A stretch of DNA of 64,000 bases from the human T2T-CHM13v2.0 reference genome, Homo sapiens: the NCBI RefSeq assembly GCF_009914755.1, contig NC_060939.1, one strand, 5' to 3'. The position numbers and the translations under genes were made by a program. Below are positions 36,791 to 62,554 of this stretch, piece by piece; the stretch's first letter is position 1; each line of letters opens with the position of its first letter. The notes beneath the pieces were generated by a model. It was not told the DNA's origin. It saw nothing but the letters and a program-made list of their open reading frames with translations, and did not search any database.

Positions 36791-37299
36791 GGGAAAAAAA
36801 AAAGGAAAAAAAAACTCATTTGGAGTTTAAAATATAATTAATTAAAAATTAATCCTGTGGGGTCACGTATCTAAGGGAGACTTTAACCCATCAGATACTG
36901 GATCTGGATAACCTGCAATAACCCAGTGTCTGTGATGGGTTAGTCTCCCCTTAAATTATCACAGATACTGGGTTATTGCAGGTCTGGATTACATAGTGTA
37001 CTAACAAGAAAAATCAGTGTGCCATAGGTCCTTGGTGTTCCAAAAGTCAGAACAGTTATAAAATCCTGACTATGGCTTTCTCCATTGCTTCATCAGCTAT
37101 TCAGTTACTCACACCTAGCTATTCACAACAAAAGAAAGAAGCAACAAAAAACCAAAAACCATAAAGTTTCTTGAAGAACTTGGAAATAAGGTTGACAACG
37201 AACATTAAACTAGTAAAATCCATATGCAATAAAAGAGATTAATAGAGGCCACCCTGAGGAACCATTAACATACTTTCCATTAACAAACCTGAAGAAAGC

Positions 37300-37718
37300 A
37301 CTAAGAAGAGTTAGGAAAAGAGAGTCAGAGAGCAGGAATTTTAGTCTAGAACTACCCAAGGAGAGAGGCACTTTGGTAGTGGTGGCAGTGCTGGTGGCAC
37401 AGGAAGAATGGAAGCAAGGAGACCAGTTGAGGTTCCTGCTATATGCCAGCCAAGAATGGTGATTTGGACTTGGATAAATGGTGGAAGTGGAGGTGGAGTG
37501 AAGTAGACAGATACAAGATTTATTTTGGATGTAGGATCCATGGAACTTGGTAAGGTGTTAGCTTGTGGGAGTTGAGGAGAAGATAGCAGAAAGGCTGACT
37601 CCCAGATTTCTGGCATGACTAACTGGATGGATGAAGATACTCTCAGCTGAGATTTGGGGAGGACCCGATTTGGGGAAAATATCAAACGTGTAATTTTGGG
37701 TAGGCCAAGTTTGAGATG
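37300..37718 (-). mobile_element. L2 fragment (L2-like sequence resumes at ~40020-40610)
   Basis: aggctgactcccagatttctggc...aactggatggatg and cattcatccatttattcagcaa motifs. Confidence 0.65.
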
Positions 37719-37719
37719 G

Positions 37720-40018
<2,299 letters not shown>

Positions 40019-41055
40019 AAAAAGTAGTGTTTTAAGAAAAAAGTGCTCAAGTGTTTAAGACTGATAAGAAGTCAAGAGGGAAACCAAAGAATATCTAGTG
40101 GATTCAGCAACAAGGAGGTAATTGGTCATCATGCAAACGGAGTTTTGGTGAAAAGATGGGAGTGGGAGCCATATTGGGACGGGATCATTCATCCATTTAT
40201 TCAGCAACTATGTAATAAGTGTCTGTGACATGCTGGTACACGGTGCTGGGGATACAATGAATCTGACAGACACAATCCCCACTTAGGGGAGGAGAAGCCA
40301 TTAAGCAGATAATCATAGAAGTAATGACTCAAACACAATTATGGTAAGGGCTATGAAGGAAAAGAAAAGAAAACCATGAAAGTGTGTAGCAGAGGAACCT
40401 AGTCTAGCTTGAAAGCAAGGGAAGTTTGCCCTGAGGGAGTGATAGATAAAGCTGTACTTGAGAGACTTGAGTTGTGACAGCAGTGAGGCTAGGGAGGGAG
40501 ATTGTGTGTTCCAGGCAGAAGGAACCACAAACGTGGAGTCCAAGAGGGCGAGACCATCATGAAAAGTCAGCAGTGTGGCAGAATCACAGTGAACAAGGAG
40601 AGAGTGGCACAAAACAACAAAAACAACAACAGCAACTAGAGCCTAGCAAGTGACCCAACCCAGGGGTTCACATAGATCCTCCAGTGTTTTACACTGTAGG
40701 AAATGCCAGGGTGCAAGAAGAAAGGTAGTGAGAAGGCCTATGGCTGAAGACCTTAGGGCAAAAGCTGGAAAATTATACTTCTCTAGGGTTAGGATTTCAC
40801 TCTGATGTACAAAGTCTATTTTTTTTCAAGCCAAAAATAATCCAATAGCACTGACTTTTATTCATTCATGTGAAGTCACCTGAAATGATATCCGTTGCAT
40901 TTAAATGCTCATTAATAATATAAATGACTTAACAAATCCATTTCAATGGATATTCAATATTCCACTTAGATAAGTCACACAGCCTCATGACAACGCATAT
41001 AACATATATAAACAGACAGAGATAAACACCCCCTCCCCCTCAGTTGATTTATTCA

Positions 41056-41640
<585 letters not shown>

Positions 41641-41759
41641 GAGGAAGGTAAAAAGGAATAGCAATTTAAAGTTTATTTCAGCTATAATGCAGGTTATTCT
41701 GACTTTGAGGTAGCATCACATGGCATACTTCTGAGTCAATTCTCGAGATATTCTGTTGT

Positions 41760-49430
<7,671 letters not shown>

Positions 49431-49456
49431 ATTAATACATTCAAAGCATGTATAGC

Positions 49457-49757
<301 letters not shown>

Positions 49758-49945
49758 AAGCATGTATAGTTTTTAAAAGCTCAACAACATGATCTGATAT
49801 GCAGTCAGGTTTGATCCACTGTTGTACATAATATAAGATGTCATCATCACAGACCATAATAGTAAATTCCCAATTGAATTGCCAATTTAGAAGCTTGACT
49901 TTTCCCGGTCACTTCAGCATTATGTTGGAAAAGACTGAACCTTAA

Positions 49946-50280
<335 letters not shown>

Positions 50281-52227
50281 AGAACCACTATTCTTAGAAT
50301 TTACCAGCTATGTGATTTTGGACAAGTTACCAAACCTGTTAGTGTCAGTTTTTTTCAGCCGTAAAATAAGAATAACACTAACTCTCAGTAATGTTCATTT
50401 GTGGAATTAAGGAGACACAATTTATACAGGCAATATGTTGGGATGACACCCCAAATAATATAAAATCAATGAGAGCCAAATAAAAAGGATGAGGTTAGAC
50501 ACCAGTAGAAATGACACAGCCAAAGAGATTATTGGATTATTTGTGGGTGTGTAATAGTCTCACCAACACCCAGATCAAATTTAAGTGGCCTGGGTATACT
50601 GTCATCTTTGGAAAATAGGAACTGGACTGCACCGGATTAGGTTAAGTCTCAACCTAATCGGTTGCATAATAACATAGGACGAAAACAATGTGCCAATCCC
50701 CACAGTAGGAACACCCTAATAACAGACATGGAGGCATCAGGCCACTGAAGCAGGGTGGCATCAGCCATTAGAACCATGGAGCCTCCCGTACCCCACCCGT
50801 GGGGTTTCCTGCTCACTGGGCCACCTTCTGCTGACATTTTTACAGATGTGCCTACGGAAAGGGGATGACATGATGAGCCAACAAGCACATCCATCAAATC
50901 CTCTAGAGCAGTATCAGTGGAAATCTAAAAGCCCTAGGACTCGGACCTTGGCCACCTCACTGCCCTTAGTGCCTGGGTGATGCTGGAGAGGATATTTGCA
51001 AGCCTCCATCTTTTTCTCCCATCCCAGTCTAGTCAGTTTATATGGCAATGAGGTGAGGAAAGGAAGCTTTGGTGATTCAGGTTTCTGGGGTGGCCACTAC
51101 ATGATTCATCATGACAAGACTGCAATGATGATTTCTCAGACTTAGCAAATACTAGCACTTATCCCTTCTGAAGTAAAGCAGGTCCATTATGAGATGGTTT
51201 TTAATATGGCCACTTCTGGTATCTTTCATTTTTCAGAGAACATCTTGTATAACTCAAACTCCTTCTCCTCTCCTTCCTTAGTGCTGTGCCCTTGTTTGCT
51301 TCTTTCATCTCCCAGAATGCAGTCTGAACTTCAGTCACTTCCACGGCCCCCCTTTTCCTCCACACTACGCTTTTTCCCATGATCATTCTGAATACTTGTC
51401 ACTGACCCTGTGGAGATCTCTTTCTCCACAGTTCATTTCCCAGTTTCACTTTCTCCTACTCAATGATGTCCATCTCCTACCCATTCCCAGGTTATGCTGA
51501 GTTTAACCACAGTCCATCATGCCAGAAAGACTAGTATGTGACGCATGGACAAAATGCTGTTTATTTTTCATGGGACAAAATGTAATGTTTTCCTGAAGGG
51601 TTATTGTTGTAATCTCTACCTGTACCAGACAACAGACAGGCTGACCTTTAGAAGGTAAAACTAAACTTCTTCCTTTTCAACTCACCCCTGTCACCATGTC
51701 AACTTCTAGGGGTTGGCAAATAAGGAGGTAGAGCTTGTTCTGTTTGATCAGTATTCTTTGCACTTAATGATCCTTATGTGCTCCAGCTTTGGCAGTTAAA
51801 TCAACAATATTAATTTTGTTTTCAGTATGTGCAGAGCACCAAACCACAAGAGAAAGTGCATGACAGACAGACTCCTTGTCCTGAAAGAGATGACACTCTA
51901 TGGGGAAAGACCACCCCTACTCCAAGAACACATACAACCACTCAAATGATTCAAATGGAAAAGTAGGGTGAGCGTCATTCTTACCACAAGTGCAGTCATA
52001 GGTGTGCTCCCCAAATCAGCCTGTATGGAGGCTAAGAGCACGGGCTCTGACACTTGCCATCTGATTTTAGGCAACTGCTTAAGCTCTCTAAGCCTCTTTC
52101 TTCTCTGTAAGATGGGATACCCATAGTCTCTGCTTCATAGTGTTGTAGTGAGGATTAATTAGCACATAAAAAGTGCTTAGCACAGTAATAATAATAGCTA
52201 GTTTCTTAAGCATTTACTTTATACCAG

Positions 52228-52510
52228 CGTGGCAGCTAAATAATGGCCATGAAAGATATCTAGGTGCTAATCCCTGGAATCTGTGAATGTTACCTTAATG
52301 GAAAAGGGGTCTTTGCAGATGTTATTAAGTATCTTGAGATGGGGAAATTATCTTGGGTTACCTGGGTGGACCCTAAATGTAATCACAAAGTGTCCTTGTA
52401 AGAGGGAGATAGAGGGAGTAAAATCTAGGAAGGGTTTTACTGAGGAAGGCAGCAATGTGATGATGGAAACCAGATACTATGCTGCTGGCCCTTGAGATGG
52501 AGGAAGGTGC
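52228..52510 (+). mobile_element. MLT1 (MaLR) LTR 5' fragment; MIR at ~52015-52190
   Basis: ctaatccctggaatctgtgaatgttacctt...ctttgcagatg motif. Confidence 0.75.
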
Positions 52511-52878
52511 CACCTTCATCCTAACCTAATATAAAAATCCAGATTTACAAAACAAGTCAGTGAAAAGATAATTATTTTTTCCTTGTTGCAACTTCTTTCA
52601 CTCTGGACCCTGGGTTATGGGGTTATGGGATTGGTGAGGAGTGGTTTGGGAGAAAGCTGTGGCTTGAGGCTCTTCAGGTCTCTCCCTGGCCTAGAATAAA
52701 GTGGGTCAGGAAGGTTCTGCACATGTGAGTACAGGGTGTGGTGTGTGGTGAAGCCTAGTGAGGATGGTAGATTAGTAAGTATGATCCCTGGATACACCTC
52801 CCCACTATCAATGAGGAGATGGGAAGAGGTGAGAGTTGGATGAACCAATACAAGGGAGTTCTTTAGAATAGTGCCTGG

Positions 52879-53170
52879 CTGTATTCATTTCCTATGGCTG
52901 CTGTTACAAATTACCACAAACTTGGTGGCTAAAAACAATACACATTATTCTCTCACAGTTCTGGAGGTCAGAAGTCTGAAATCAGTGTCACTGAGCCAAA
53001 ATCCAAGTGTCTGCAAAGTCGAGCTCCCTCCAGAGGCTCTAGGGGAGATTCTGTTTATTTCTCTTTTCCAGCATCTAGAGCTGCATTCTTGGGCACCTTC
53101 CTCCATCTTGAAAGCTGGCAGCATAGCATCTTGTTTCAGTCATCACCTTGCCGCCTTTTTCTGTATATAA
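52879..53170 (-). mobile_element. MLT1 (MaLR) LTR fragment
   Basis: gctgctgttacaaattaccacaaacttggtggct...cacagttctggaggtcagaagtctgaaatc. Confidence 0.8.
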
Positions 53171-53603
53171 GAAGTCACCTAGGCAAGCAGTATGCTAAAT
53201 GATTAATGATCAAAAGCTTAGTTGCTATTATGGAAGACTCTACCAGACTGGCTCCTTATCGTTGCCATTCAGAAGCTATTTGTGTCTTCAAGGAAGCTGC
53301 TTGAAAGAAACACAAAAAAGAAACCAACATTTGTCCTTGTGGCCTGAGTCACAGGGAAACACAGAACGGAGAGAACCAAGTTTCCTATCTGTGACCTGAC
53401 TCCACCATAGCCTAGACCCAAGTGATGCCTATAGCACTTCCAAAGTCCCTGGGAGTTTGGATCCAGGCCAGGACTGGTTACCAGTGGGACTGGGTCCCGG
53501 CTCAGTATCAAGATCTATCTGTTTCCCCCAAGGGTTTTCCAAATTTCCTAGGGTACCTGAGTCTGGGGAACAGCCTTTAGGACAGCACTGTCCAAGAGAA
53601 GTA

Positions 53604-53917
53604 CAGTGGTCTCTTGGGATATACAGAGGATTGGTTTCAGGACACCTCCAACACAGCTACCAAAATCCGCGATGCTCAAGTCCCTTATATGAAATGGTGT
53701 AGTTTGTGCTTATAACCTACACACATCTTACTGTATACTTTAAATCATCTCTAGGTTACTTATAATACCTAAGACAATGTAAATGCTATGTAAATAGTTG
53801 TCATATTTTTAAAATTTGTTATTTTTATTGTTGTATCGTTATTTTTTCCCAGATATTTTTGATCCACAGTTGGTTGAATCCACAGATGCAGAACCCACAG
53901 ATATGAAGGGCCAACTG
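53604..53917. mobile_element. MER2 (Tigger) with TA target sites
   Basis: ta|cagtggtctct...aagggccaactg|ta termini. Confidence 0.85.
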
Positions 53918-53937
53918 TATAATGTGGGCCATGTACA

Positions 53938-54152
53938 GTTTTATTTATTTATTTTTTTAGAGACAGAGTCTCGCTCTGTCACCCAAGCTGGAATGCAGTG
54001 GCACAATCATAGCTCATTGCAACTTTGAACCCATGGGCTCAAGTGATCCTCTTCTCTCAGCTTCCCATGCAGCTGAGACAACAAGGATGCATCACCATGC
54101 TCAACTATTTATTTTTTCTGTAGAGATGAGGGTCTACACCCTATATTGCCCA
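53938..54152 (-). mobile_element. Partial AluJ
   Basis: Antisense Alu right arm plus part of the left arm. Confidence 0.8.
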
Positions 54153-54159
54153 TGGTGTA

Positions 54160-54785
54160 TCTAACTTTAAATGGTCAAGTAGCCACATTAAAAAAGGAAA
54201 AAAAAAAAGAAACAGTTGAAATTAATTTCAACAATATATTTTATTTAAACCAATATATCCTAAACATGATTTTAACATGTAATCAACATGAAAGTTATTC
54301 TGTTTTTGCCTGGGCACGGTGGCTCACGCCTGTAATCCCAGCACTTTGGGAGGCCGAGGTGGGCAGATCACTTGGGGTCAGGAGTTTGAGGCCAGCCTGG
54401 CCAACATGGTGAAATACCACCTCTACTAAAAATACAAAAATTAAAACAAAATATAAAAATAAATTAAATAAACACACATACAATTCAAAAATTAGTCAGG
54501 CATGGTGGCAGACACCTATAATCTCAGCTGCTCGGGAGGCTGAGGCACGAGAATCACTTGAACCTGAGAGGCATAAGGTTGCAGTGAGCAGAGATGGTGC
54601 CACTGCACTCCAGCCTGGGTGACAGAGGGAGACTCTGTCTCAAAAAATAAAAATAAAAATTATTCTGTTTTTGCGCTAAGTCTTCACAATCCAAGGTGTA
54701 TTTCACACTTAATACATCTCAGTTCAGACTAGCCACATTTCAAGTGCCCACTAGCTACATCTTGCTATATTAGACAGCACAGGTC
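54160..54785. mobile_element. MER33-like hAT element interrupted by an AluS (54308-54660, +; TSD ttattctgtttttg)
   Basis: tagccacatt...tattttatttaaaccaatata and ctagccacatttcaagtg...gacagcacag motifs flank the Alu. Confidence 0.8.
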
Positions 54786-55016
54786 TACAGCAACTTGACT
54801 TGCCTGCTCCTACCCACTCTACCTCGCACTCTCATCAAATGCAGAGACAGTGCCAGGGATTTCATGAGAGGTGGGCCAGAAAAGCTCAGGGGGACTTTTT
54901 TTTTTTTATATAAGGCAATAAAATATGTTGCCCAGGCCGGCCTCAAGCAATCCTCCTGCCTGGGCCACCCAAAGTGCTGGGAACCTGTAAAGGTGTGAGC
55001 CACAATGACCGCTCAC

Positions 55017-55490
55017 TTTTTTTTTTTTTTAACAAATCTTTGTTGTATATATTTATGGGGTAAAATGTGATGTTTTGATGTATGTATACAATTGGCATGA
55101 TTAAATCAAGCGGATTAACACATCCATCACTTCACTTACCTATTATTTTTTATAGTGAGACATTTGAAATTTACTCGTAGCTATTTTGAAATATATATTA
55201 CCATTGACTATAGTCACCCTGATGTGCAGTAGATGTCAAAACCTGTTCCTCCTGTCTATCTGAAATTTTGTACCCTTTAATCAATAATTCCCCATTCTGT
55301 CCCTCCCCACCTTCCCCCAAGCTTCTGTTAACCATTGCTCTACTTTCTACTTCTATGAGTTCAACTTTATTAGAATCCACATATAAGTGAGATCATGTGG
55401 TATTTATATTTCTGTGCCTGGCTTATTTCACTTAGCATAATGACCTCCAGACTCATCCATGTTGTTGCTGGAAATGACAGGATTTCCCCC
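55017..55490 (-). mobile_element. L1MA 3' end (FLAM at ~54897-55010)
   Basis: ttgttgtatatatttatgggg...tagaatccacatataagtgagatcatg. Confidence 0.85.
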
Positions 55491-56354
55491 TTTCGGGGCC
55501 TAGTTGTTATCATAGTGATGCTATGAGTCCACCAGGGAAAACAAAGTTACCCTTCTTCTGAATCATCCTGATTTTTTCCAATATCCCTCTTTTCTGCCCT
55601 GCAGAAACCAAGGACTAGTGCTCTTAGAGAATTTGACCTATATGTTATTCTAGCACCTACTTCACTTTGCCTTACAGTCAGTTGTTTATATTTCCAACTC
55701 TCCAACCAGATTATATTTATAATGGAAGGGTCCCACTCCCTGTTATCTCACTTTACAGGAAAAGAAAAAAAAGCTGTGAGTTTAGCACTCTGTCATCAAC
55801 AAATGTTTGTTGAATGAATGCGTAAATGAATGAATGAGACAACCCTAGCAGGGTTGATGAATGTGTATTATGGAAGCCTTCGTTTTATCTGGCACCTCCA
55901 GGTCCATACAACCTGCTTCCTAATAAACAGTGAAACAGGGCACTGTTGGGTCCCAGTCTGGAAACTGAAGGAAATATTTTCCTTTATCTTCTGGATCCTT
56001 ACATGTATGAATTCAATTCATCAAATAGTACCTGAGTAACTCCCATATTCCAGGCACTGTGCTGGGTGCTGTGGGAGCTGCAAAGATTAGTAAGAAATAA
56101 TCCTTGCCTTCAAGTACCTAACAATGTAGTAGGGGCCTTTGGCAGGTATACACAAGTAATTATAACTTTAGGTTGAGTAACCTAAGTGCTCTAAGTGGAC
56201 TAGAGTCCTGTGGGGAGAGGGGGCAAGAAGAGGAGGTTGCCAAAGAAGTTTCATTCAGAGATATCCTTTGAGATGATGCCTGAAAGAAGGACAGGATTTG
56301 GACAGATGGGAATGGGGAGAGGGAAAGAAACAGCTTTTAAAAACCTAACAAATG

Positions 56355-56710
<356 letters not shown>

Positions 56711-57829
56711 CTAAGACAAGGAAATGAACCCGATTTTAAAGATAAGAGCAAAGTGAAATAAATCACAACACTGTGACAAGGAAACAAACCTCTTTAAGAG
56801 GGGTGAGGGCCCCACAGTTGGCAGGCACCCTCGTTTAAGTCAGCAACACCATGAAGGAAAGCTCTTGAGATTGGGAATTCCAGGAAGAGATGAGATCTGT
56901 GCCACACCTTCATCTGTGTCACACCCTCATGATTGCAGAGGCAAGGAATGGAGGAATGAAGGGCTCTCTGATCAAGAAAGAGGGAATCTCCTAAAGACTG
57001 TGACACAATCAGGTTGAGCAAAGCCCCCGAGTGACAGAGAAAGGATGAGAAGAGATCAGATACGCTGGAAATAACTTTATGTAACACAGAAGACATGGGC
57101 AATAGTCTGGCTAGTGAGTACTACATGCTCTGGAGATTAGGGGAACCATACGAACGGGAAAACAAATAGCAGGCTGGGAAATCACCCCAGGGTGGGGAGA
57201 TGGAAGAAGAATGGAGACAGTGATAGTGAGAACTGGAGTGTAAATTCTAAGTGACAGCCTTTTCCAAGCCACTAAGGTCAGGATCCAAGGCCTGGAGTAG
57301 GGTAGGTGGTTCTGTACATATCACAAAAATTGCACCCACAACAGTGGGAAAAAAATTCCAAGACTGATATTGAGGCAGGTGTGTAAAACAAAAGCAGAGA
57401 CAATCTGATTTAAGGAAAAGATTGATTTACTTTCAATTTTATTTTTAAATTTCAGATCCACCTAATGCCCTGAGCAGTTTTACTTCAGAACAAAGAGCAG
57501 GCCCCTTTACCTTTCAGAGCCTGCACACAAGGGAGCCTGAAGAACACACACATTCTGCACTCAGTGATACACCATAGCTGTAAAGGAAACTAATAAAGGC
57601 AAGCATGCATTGATCATGTGGCAAATGCTAGGCCCTGTGCAATGCACTTTTACAGGCATTTTCTCATTTAATCCTTCAATATTACTATGGCATTGTTACT
57701 ATCTTCATTTCTCAGATGCGGAAACAAGTTACATAGCTCACTAAGATGACAAAATCTAGTAATTAGTGGGGCTGTAGGAAGATTTTTAATATTATAAAAT
57801 CACTATTTTTCCCAGTTAAAGGACTGCTC

Positions 57830-58670
57830 AGATTTTCTCTTTTTCATGGCAGTTTTAGTAAGATATATTTCCTAGAAATTTAAATAGTTCATGTAAATGT
57901 TCAAATTTATTGACATTAATTTGGTCATAATTTCCTCTAATTTTTTTAAATGTCTCTAGAATCTGAGATGTATTCCTCTTTTCATTTTTGATATTATCTG
58001 TGCCTTCTTTCTTTTTCTTTGCCAGTCCTATCAGAAATTTATAAATTTCTTTTAGTCTTCAAAACTCAACTTCTTGATTTGTTGATCATTTCTACTGTAA
58101 GTTTGTTTCCTATTTTATTAATTTCTTCTATCTCTACTACAATTCCATATTATTTCCTAACTTCTATTTTCTTTGGGGTTTTTTGGTGATTTTTTTCTTT
58201 TTCAATTTCTTTCTTCCTTTTTTCTTTTTTTTTAGATGGTCTTGCTCTGTTGCCCAGGCTGGAGTGCAGTGGCACAAACATGGCTCCCTGCAGCCTCAAC
58301 ATCCCAGCTCAAAGCATTCCTCCCACTTCAACTTCCTGGGTAGCTGGGACTACAGGTACACGCCACCACACATAGCTACTTTAAAAAAAATTTTGTAGAA
58401 ATGGGGTCTCCCTATGTTGCCCAGGCCTGTCTCAAACTCCTGGGATCAAGCAATCCTCCCGCCTCGGCTTCCCAAAATGCCAAGATTACAGGCGTGAACC
58501 ACCACGTCCAGCCCCTATCTTCCATTGTTTTACTTTCAACATTTTAACATCCTTAAATTTTAAATGTCTTTTATAAATGGCATATAATTATTTTAAAACT
58601 CTAGCTGCCCAAAGTGGTGATTTAATTGAAGCATTTAGTCCACTTACCTTTAAGATAATTGTTGATATAC
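57830..58670 (-). mobile_element. Old L1M fragment containing an AluJ (~58190-58513)
   Basis: T-rich antisense L1 ORF2-like sequence with an antisense Alu body. Confidence 0.7.
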
Positions 58671-59007
58671 TAGGGTAAATAATAAACATTTCTACCATGT
58701 ATCTCCCGTAAAGAGAGAAAAATTTTCCTTGGGAAGAAATGAAGGATATTATATTGATGCCATCTACTGAAAAAATTAAAAAACTGAAAAACTACTCCAA
58801 GTAACATTGTTTCCGTTAAGCAAACTTTTAAAAAGCTTTTGTTCAAGGTTTCAACTATGTTATTGTATTGGATAAACACATTCTGCCTTCAGCTATTCAT
58901 AGATTTCTATCTTTTCCAACCTGTTAGGGTAAAAATGGAGCTGTCATGAACTCTTTGTGTCTTAGGAGGTAAAAAGCTCCCCAACTCTATCTAGTTTGCC
59001 CACACTA

Positions 59008-59423
<416 letters not shown>

Positions 59424-60149
59424 CCAATTTGAGTTTTCAAAGTACTAGTTTGATGATCATTTATCACTTACTTTGTGACAGGAACCCGAATATGCTAATA
59501 ATAATGAAGCTACATAGCTTTTTTATTGAGCACTTACTAAGTATCAGGTACGGTCCTAGGCACTTTACATGTATTACCTTGCTTAATCCTCACAATTTCC
59601 CTATAATTTTGGCATTAAGATCCCCATTTACCAGGAAACTGAGGCACAGACAGCTTAAGTAACTGGTCCAAGATCACAAACTAGATAAGAGTTACAGTTG
59701 GAATTTAAACCAAGATAGTCTGACTCTGTGCTCTTAGCCATTCCCTTATACTGCTACTGAGATGCAGTGCCCTCTCCAATACAAAGGGTATGAGTTCAAG
59801 TATCATTTACGAGTATGTTTGCTGTGGCATAATGTAGAATGCAAAGTAAACAGAAAAAAAAAGGTACTCTAGGGAAGGTCTGTAGATTTTAATAAAATTA
59901 TTAATAGCTTTAGGTGGGTTCTCCTATCCAGTAGTAACAGGATGATAGCTGTATCGCTGGGCTACTAGGCCTTTCATTTAAGTACTTCAGGGAATCACTC
60001 ATGCAAATAGAATTTTCTGCTAAATAGTTATTTCTGGGAATTATTTGTGCCTAGTAAAATTTTATAGACTCACAGATCTGGAAGGTCCCTTAGAGATCTA
60101 TTATTCCAGACCACTCATTTATAATATTAACAATTATCTTTGAAGGTGG

Positions 60150-60442
60150 TTTTGTTTGTTTGTTTGTTTTTTGAGACAGTGTCTTACTCTGTCATCCAGG
60201 CGTACAGTGGTGTGATCACAGCTCACTGCAGCCTTGAACTCCTGGGCTCAGGTGATCCCCCTACTTCAGCCTCCTGGGTAGCTGAGACTACAACAGGCAC
60301 ATTCAGCTAATGTTTTGTATTTTTCGTACAGACAAGGTTTTGCCATGTTGCCCGGGCTGGTCTCAAACTCCTGGACTCAAGCTATTCTGCCATGGCTTCT
60401 CAAAGTGCTAGGATTACAGGCATGAGCCACCACACCTGGCCT
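60150..60442 (-). mobile_element. AluJ-like
   Basis: (TTTG)n tail, antisense Alu, flanks aggtggt on both sides. Confidence 0.88.
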
Positions 60443-60559
60443 GGAGGTGGTATTTTAAGGGCCTTTTTCTTTTTTTTATTTATATGGTGTTTAATTTTTT
60501 ATAAGAACACATCACACATAGTCAGAAAAATAAACTTAAAGATGGTTATTTCTGCTAAG

Positions 60560-62243
60560 ACAAGTCAATGAAGGAAAAAATAGTCATTTCAACAAATGGT
60601 GCTGGAACAACTGAATATCCACATGCCAAAGAATGAATCTGGACTCCTACCTCAAACTATACTAACTCAAATCATAGACCTAAATGTAAAAATTAAAACT
60701 GTAAAACTCTTAGAATGTAGGAGTAAATCTTCATGATCTTAGGTTGGGCAATGGTTTCTTAGGTACAAACCAAAGGCACAATCAACAAAAGAAAGTATAG
60801 ATAAATTGGACTTCATCAAAATTAAAAACTGTGTGTTGCAAACAATGTCATCAAGAAAGCAAAAAAAAAAAAATCCATGAATAGGAGAAAATATTTGCAA
60901 ATCATATATATGATAAAGTACTTGTATCCAGAATATATAAAGAACTCTTATAATTCATTAACAAAAAGACAATTAACCCAGATTAAAAATGGCAAAGGAG
61001 GTGAATAGAAAGATATTCTATTCTTTCTATTCAATATTCTTCAGAAGATATTGAAGTATATTCAATATCTTCTTTTATTGGCTTCTTTTTTATCTCCAAA
61101 GAAGATACAAAAAATAGCCAGGCTGGGCACTGTGGCTAACGCCTGCAATCCCAACACTTTGGGCAGCTGAGATGGGTGGATCACTTGAGTCCAGGAGTTC
61201 AAGACCAGCCTGGGTGACATGGCAAAACCCTGTCTCTACAAAAAAAAAAATTAGCCAAGCATGGTGGCCTTGCCTGTAGTCCCAGCTACTCAGGAGGCTG
61301 AGCCAGGAGGATTGGTTGAGCCCAGGAGGTGGAGGTTTCCATGAGCCAAGATCATGTCACTGCATTCCAGCCTAGGTGATAGAGTGAGAACCCATCTCAA
61401 AAAAAAAAAAAAAAAAAAAAAGAGGGAGAGATAGCCAATAAGCACATGAAAAGATGTTCCATATTATTAGCCATTAGAGAAATGCAAATCACAAGAGACC
61501 ACTTAACACCCACTAGGATGGCTATATTTAAAAAGACAGATAAATGTTGTTGAGGATGTGAAGAAATTAGAACCCTTATTCATTGCTGGTGGGTATGAAA
61601 ATGGTGTAGCTACTTTGAAAAACAGTTGGCACTTCCTCAAAACGTTAAACATAGTTATTAGATGACCCAGCAATTCCACTCTTAGATATATACGCAATAG
61701 AAAAAAAAACATATATCCACATAAAAATGAAATGTTCATAGCAGCATTATTCATAGTAGATAAAAAGTGGAAAGACTTAAATGTCCATCAGTTGATGAAT
61801 AGGTAAATACAATGTAGTATATCCATACAATGGAATATTATTATACTTAGCAATAAAAAGTAATGAAGTACTGATACATGCTTTAACATAAATGAACCTG
61901 GAATACATTATGCTAAGTGAAAGAAGCTAGTCACAAAACAGCATATATTGTATGATTCCATTCATATAAAATGTCCAGAATAGGAAAATATATATAAATA
62001 GAAAGTAGATTCATGGTTGCCTAGGGCTGGGGTGTGTGTTGGGGGCATGGGGAGTAACTGCTAATGGTCAAGGGGATGATGGAAATGTTCTAAAATGTTC
62101 TTTTGGGAATGATGAGAATGTTCTAAAATCAGACTGTGGCGATGATTGTACAACTCTGTAAATGCTCTAAAAACCATTGAATTGTACACTTTATATGAGT
62201 GAATTGTAAGGTCTATGAATTATATCTTAATAAAGCAGTTAAA
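60560..62243 (+). mobile_element. L1MB-like 3' portion interrupted by an AluJ (~61121-61421)
   Basis: ttcaacaaatggtgctggaacaactg (FNKWCWNNW) through a 3'UTR ending aataaagcagttaaa. Confidence 0.85.
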
Positions 62244-62554
62244 GGAAAAATGGCTATTCCATTAAACTGGAATAGCAATATGATTTAAGATGCCATTCTA
62301 TCTATTCATTATTAAACATTGAGGTTAATTTCAGTTTTTCACTCTGCTAAATAATAGTGTAACCAAGCACGCCATTACAAAGAACTTTTTACTAAAGCTG
62401 CTATAAATCTAATAAATATGTGATGTCACTAAAGTCACCTACCTCACTTTAAGGTTACAAATCTGTCAATACTTTACAGATGTAAATAAATGGTATCTTC
62501 CACACAATTCTCACCCATAGACCAAGGTCAACAGCTTGCCCTTAAACCTCAATT

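Noticed and set aside
50628-50666. Short hairpin tgcaccggattaggtt / aacctaatcggttgca (also the 11-bp inverted repeat at 660-686)
   Set aside because: Too short and isolated to distinguish from chance or small template-switch events in 64 kb.
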